Part shown: positions 25,507-27,745 of the stretch, piece after piece | Layout: every line of letters starts with the position of its first letter | How positions within the stretch are numbered: the first letter of the stretch is position 1 | Origin: Gemmatimonadota bacterium | Lineage (GTDB): Bacteria; Latescibacterota; UBA2968; UBA8231 | Assembly: GCA_038128265.1 (NCBI GenBank) | Contig: JAYPJE010000008.1 | Span: 84,149-111,893 of the forward strand | Direction of reading: 5' to 3' | Length of the DNA: 27,745 bases | Notes under the pieces: model-generated | What the model was told of the DNA's origin: nothing | Database searches by the model: none | Seen by the model: only the letters and a program-made list of their open reading frames with translations | Position numbers and translations under genes: made by a program

Positions 25507-27576
25507 TTATTCGACCAGTGAATCATCGAGCAGGAGTTCAACTTCTAGACCTGCTATAATGTTGATAAAATCCGTGCCGAGCACCTCGACTTCGCCGTCC
25601 GTGGACGGCAGCGTAATGCGCACGCCAGAATACAGCCGACCCCGATCGTTGTCCTCGAGAATAAAGTTGGCCACATCCTCCGCATTGAGCGCAATCTCCC
25701 GGCGCACGGTTTCCGTGCCGCTGGAGTAGCCATTGGCGTCAACCGGAGCAGCCACAGCCTGAAAGGGGTCGCGATCGGGCTTGGGTATCGTAATGACCGG
25801 ATCGGTGTACACCGTCTCCGGGGTGCGACCGACGTAGAGGCGCACACCTACGCCAAGCGGAATGCTGTTTTCCAGGTCGGTAATCACCCGTGCGCCGACA
25901 AAGTTGCTCAATATCTTGCTGCGCAGCTCCGAGTCGCGAAACGTGATGTCGCGCACAGCCGGATCGATGCGCGTATCATTGAGTAAGGTCAGGCGCGGCG
26001 AGGTTCGGAACACCACGCTATCAATGCGAACCCATTGGTTCTGGGTAATAACCTCTTCTTGCTGCCCATCGCCGATGCGAACGGCAGAAGAAATCGCTAT
26101 ATCCGTGGGCAGTAAGTTGAGAAAGTCCGTCAAGTCCGTCGGCGACACCGACAGCTGCGTGCTGATCGGATTCGCTGCATTTCCACGCTCAAAGCGCTCC
26201 TCTACCAGCAATTCACCGCGTTCTCCAAAGGAGTTAGTGCCCGTTACAAGCAGCTCGACATCGGCCAGAAAGCCAACGGCGCTGGTAACGAAAATATCCA
26301 TGGCCGTCGAGCCAATTGCCACGTTATTGAGTCCGTCGGGAAAGTCGACCGAGCGTTCGACAGGCGGCAGTTCCAAACCCACCTGATTCAATCGGCCTTC
26401 CACGCGGTCGAAGATTAGGTCTTCGGTAATGGCCTCGACGCGCAGCTCGCCGGTGGAGAAAATCTGCACCGGGCGCTCAGAGGGGAACGTGCGCACCGCG
26501 TAAGAAAAGCGCAGTTCGAGCGGATCGATAGGCGCAAACTCGTTGTTGTTCAAATCAAAGCGCACTTCGCGCGTCTCGCCCGGCGTCAGTTCACTGACGA
26601 CAAAGGCATTCGCATTGCCGTTCGCGTCCTTCAGGTCGTCGAGACTCAGCTCGATCTCCATGACGATTTCAATGTCGTTGGTGACGCGCAGAACGAGTCC
26701 ACCGTTTTGAATAACGGCGCGCGTGACCTGAATGCGATCGTCGGGGAATGCCAGCACCTGCGCGTCGGCAAATTCCTGCTGTGGAATAATGGCCAGCGCC
26801 TGCGACACAATCAGATCGCCTAGCGTTACCTGAATTTCCAGGCTTGGATTGCCTTCAATCGCGACGTTGGTCGCTTCGGCCGTAGCACCGGTGACGGCTA
26901 TGGACAAGTTGCCCGATATGGATTTGCCGGCCAGCGAAAAGGAACCCACGCCCGAGCCACCGTTGGCATCGACCACGCCGAGATCGATCGCATCTACTTC
27001 AACTCCCCCATTGCCCAGATCGACGAGCCCGAGACGCAGGCCATTCAGGCCGACGGGTAAACCGTTGTCAACGGCTATGGTCAAACTGCCCTCTTCAATG
27101 GTCAACGACGTTACGTTTTCCAGCGGCACTTCAGCCGACACATCAATAGCGTTAGACGGAAGGAGGGGCAGCGTAACGCCGCTCTCGATATCCTGTCCCA
27201 GCAGCGTGCCAAGCGCAATGCTGATTGGCGGCACTTCTTGGCCCGGAATATTGATGTTGCCAATCGGCGTGCCGAAGCTATTGGACGAAGGACGGACCTG
27301 CAGGCGGTCGCCCACATCGGCGCGTCCCACTTCGCGACTAAAGCGGATATTCATACCGCCCGTATCGCGATCGATCTGCAAAAAGTCGCTGCGGTCGCCG
27401 ACGATATCGACAATCTGCGTGCTGTCATTGGCAACCGGTATACTGATGACGAACTCCGTGCTCGGCGCACTGGGCGGTTCAACCGCGCAGCCGGACGCAA
27501 AATACGCGATACCGACACAGCCCAATACCTGCAGCGCCCGACTAACCCGACGCCGCATACTGAACCTCCCGGTCAT
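25507..27576 (-). CDS. Large beta-rich lipoprotein of unknown function
   Basis: GGAGG RBS; lipobox FASGC (Cys30); acidic, beta-strand-rich body with recurring G-x-L-x-[IL]-x-V-x-N-x-[LI]-P units. Confidence 0.78.
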   Translation of the reverse strand: MTGRFSMRRRVSRALQVLGCVGIAYFASGCAVEPPSAPSTEFVISIPVANDSTQIVDIVGDRSDFLQIDRDTGGMNIRFSREVGRADVGDRLQVRPSSNSFGTPIGNINIPGQEVPPISIALGTLLGQDIESGVTLPLLPSNAIDVSAEVPLENVTSLTIEEGSLTIAVDNGLPVGLNGLRLGLVDLGNGGVEVDAIDLGVVDANGGSGVGSFSLAGKSISGNLSIAVTGATAEATNVAIEGNPSLEIQVTLGDLIVSQALAIIPQQEFADAQVLAFPDDRIQVTRAVIQNGGLVLRVTNDIEIVMEIELSLDDLKDANGNANAFVVSELTPGETREVRFDLNNNEFAPIDPLELRFSYAVRTFPSERPVQIFSTGELRVEAITEDLIFDRVEGRLNQVGLELPPVERSVDFPDGLNNVAIGSTAMDIFVTSAVGFLADVELLVTGTNSFGERGELLVEERFERGNAANPISTQLSVSPTDLTDFLNLLPTDIAISSAVRIGDGQQEEVITQNQWVRIDSVVFRTSPRLTLLNDTRIDPAVRDITFRDSELRSKILSNFVGARVITDLENSIPLGVGVRLYVGRTPETVYTDPVITIPKPDRDPFQAVAAPVDANGYSSGTETVRREIALNAEDVANFILEDNDRGRLYSGVRITLPSTDGEVEVLGTDFINIIAGLEVELLLDDSLVE

Positions 27577-27665
27577 AGCATGCCTCCATTTCTGATCATT
27601 TCAGCGTTTCCATTATCCACACCCCGATCTCGCCGAGACAATATAAGGCGAGAAGCCTCAAAGCA

Positions 27666-27745
27666 CTACTTCGCCCGGGCAGCGCGGCGCAGCGCAGCGG
27701 CCTTGTCGGTTTTTTCCCAGATGAATTCGGGCAGCGCACGGCCGA
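27666..27745 (-). CDS. 3' end of an upstream gene, truncated by the window edge
   Basis: Open frame ...GRALPEFIWEKTDKAAALRRAARAK* ending at TAG 27666, co-oriented with the downstream genes. Too short to identify. Confidence 0.45.
   Translation of the reverse strand, partial: GRALPEFIWEKTDKAAALRRAARAK

Noticed and set aside
1..27745. Mobile element, prophage, tRNA/rRNA or CRISPR signatures, including the copper cluster as a genomic island
   Set aside because: No integrase/transposase, terminal repeats, RNA gene folds or repeat arrays were seen, and there is no obvious compositional break by eye.

Overview
Gene-dense, GC-rich (roughly 60% by eye) bacterial chromosomal window from a diderm organism. 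The C-terminal 'PTAVE-x2-W-x2-VK' tail and the lipoprotein/beta-barrel types suggest an FCB-superphylum lineage such as Latescibacterota (inference only). The left third (1-8.7 kb, all minus strand) is a copper-homeostasis cluster: a Cys/His-rich small ORF, cusC/tolC, cusB, cusA, a secreted CxxCH protein with a temptin-like core, a terminator, csoR with its own operator, and the truncated 5' end of a copA/copZ HMA protein. The middle holds a PAP2 phosphatase, a P-loop kinase-like protein, ferrochelatase, a beta-propeller hydrolase-like protein, a small OM beta-barrel, a carboxylesterase, a degenerate GH78-like protein and a TMTC-like GT-C/TPR glycosyltransferase. The right third has a proteostasis block (cbpA-clpB with a sigma54-type promoter, degP/Q with a sigmaE-type promoter), a DUF5610-like protein and an OM barrel/lipoprotein pair. 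No rRNA, tRNA, CRISPR array or mobile element was seen. The best novelty candidates are (i) the bacterial temptin-like putative monoheme cytochrome c with a possible sorting tail in the copper locus and (ii) a possible metal-sensing leader peptide whose stop-codon region can base-pair with the cusC ribosome-binding site.
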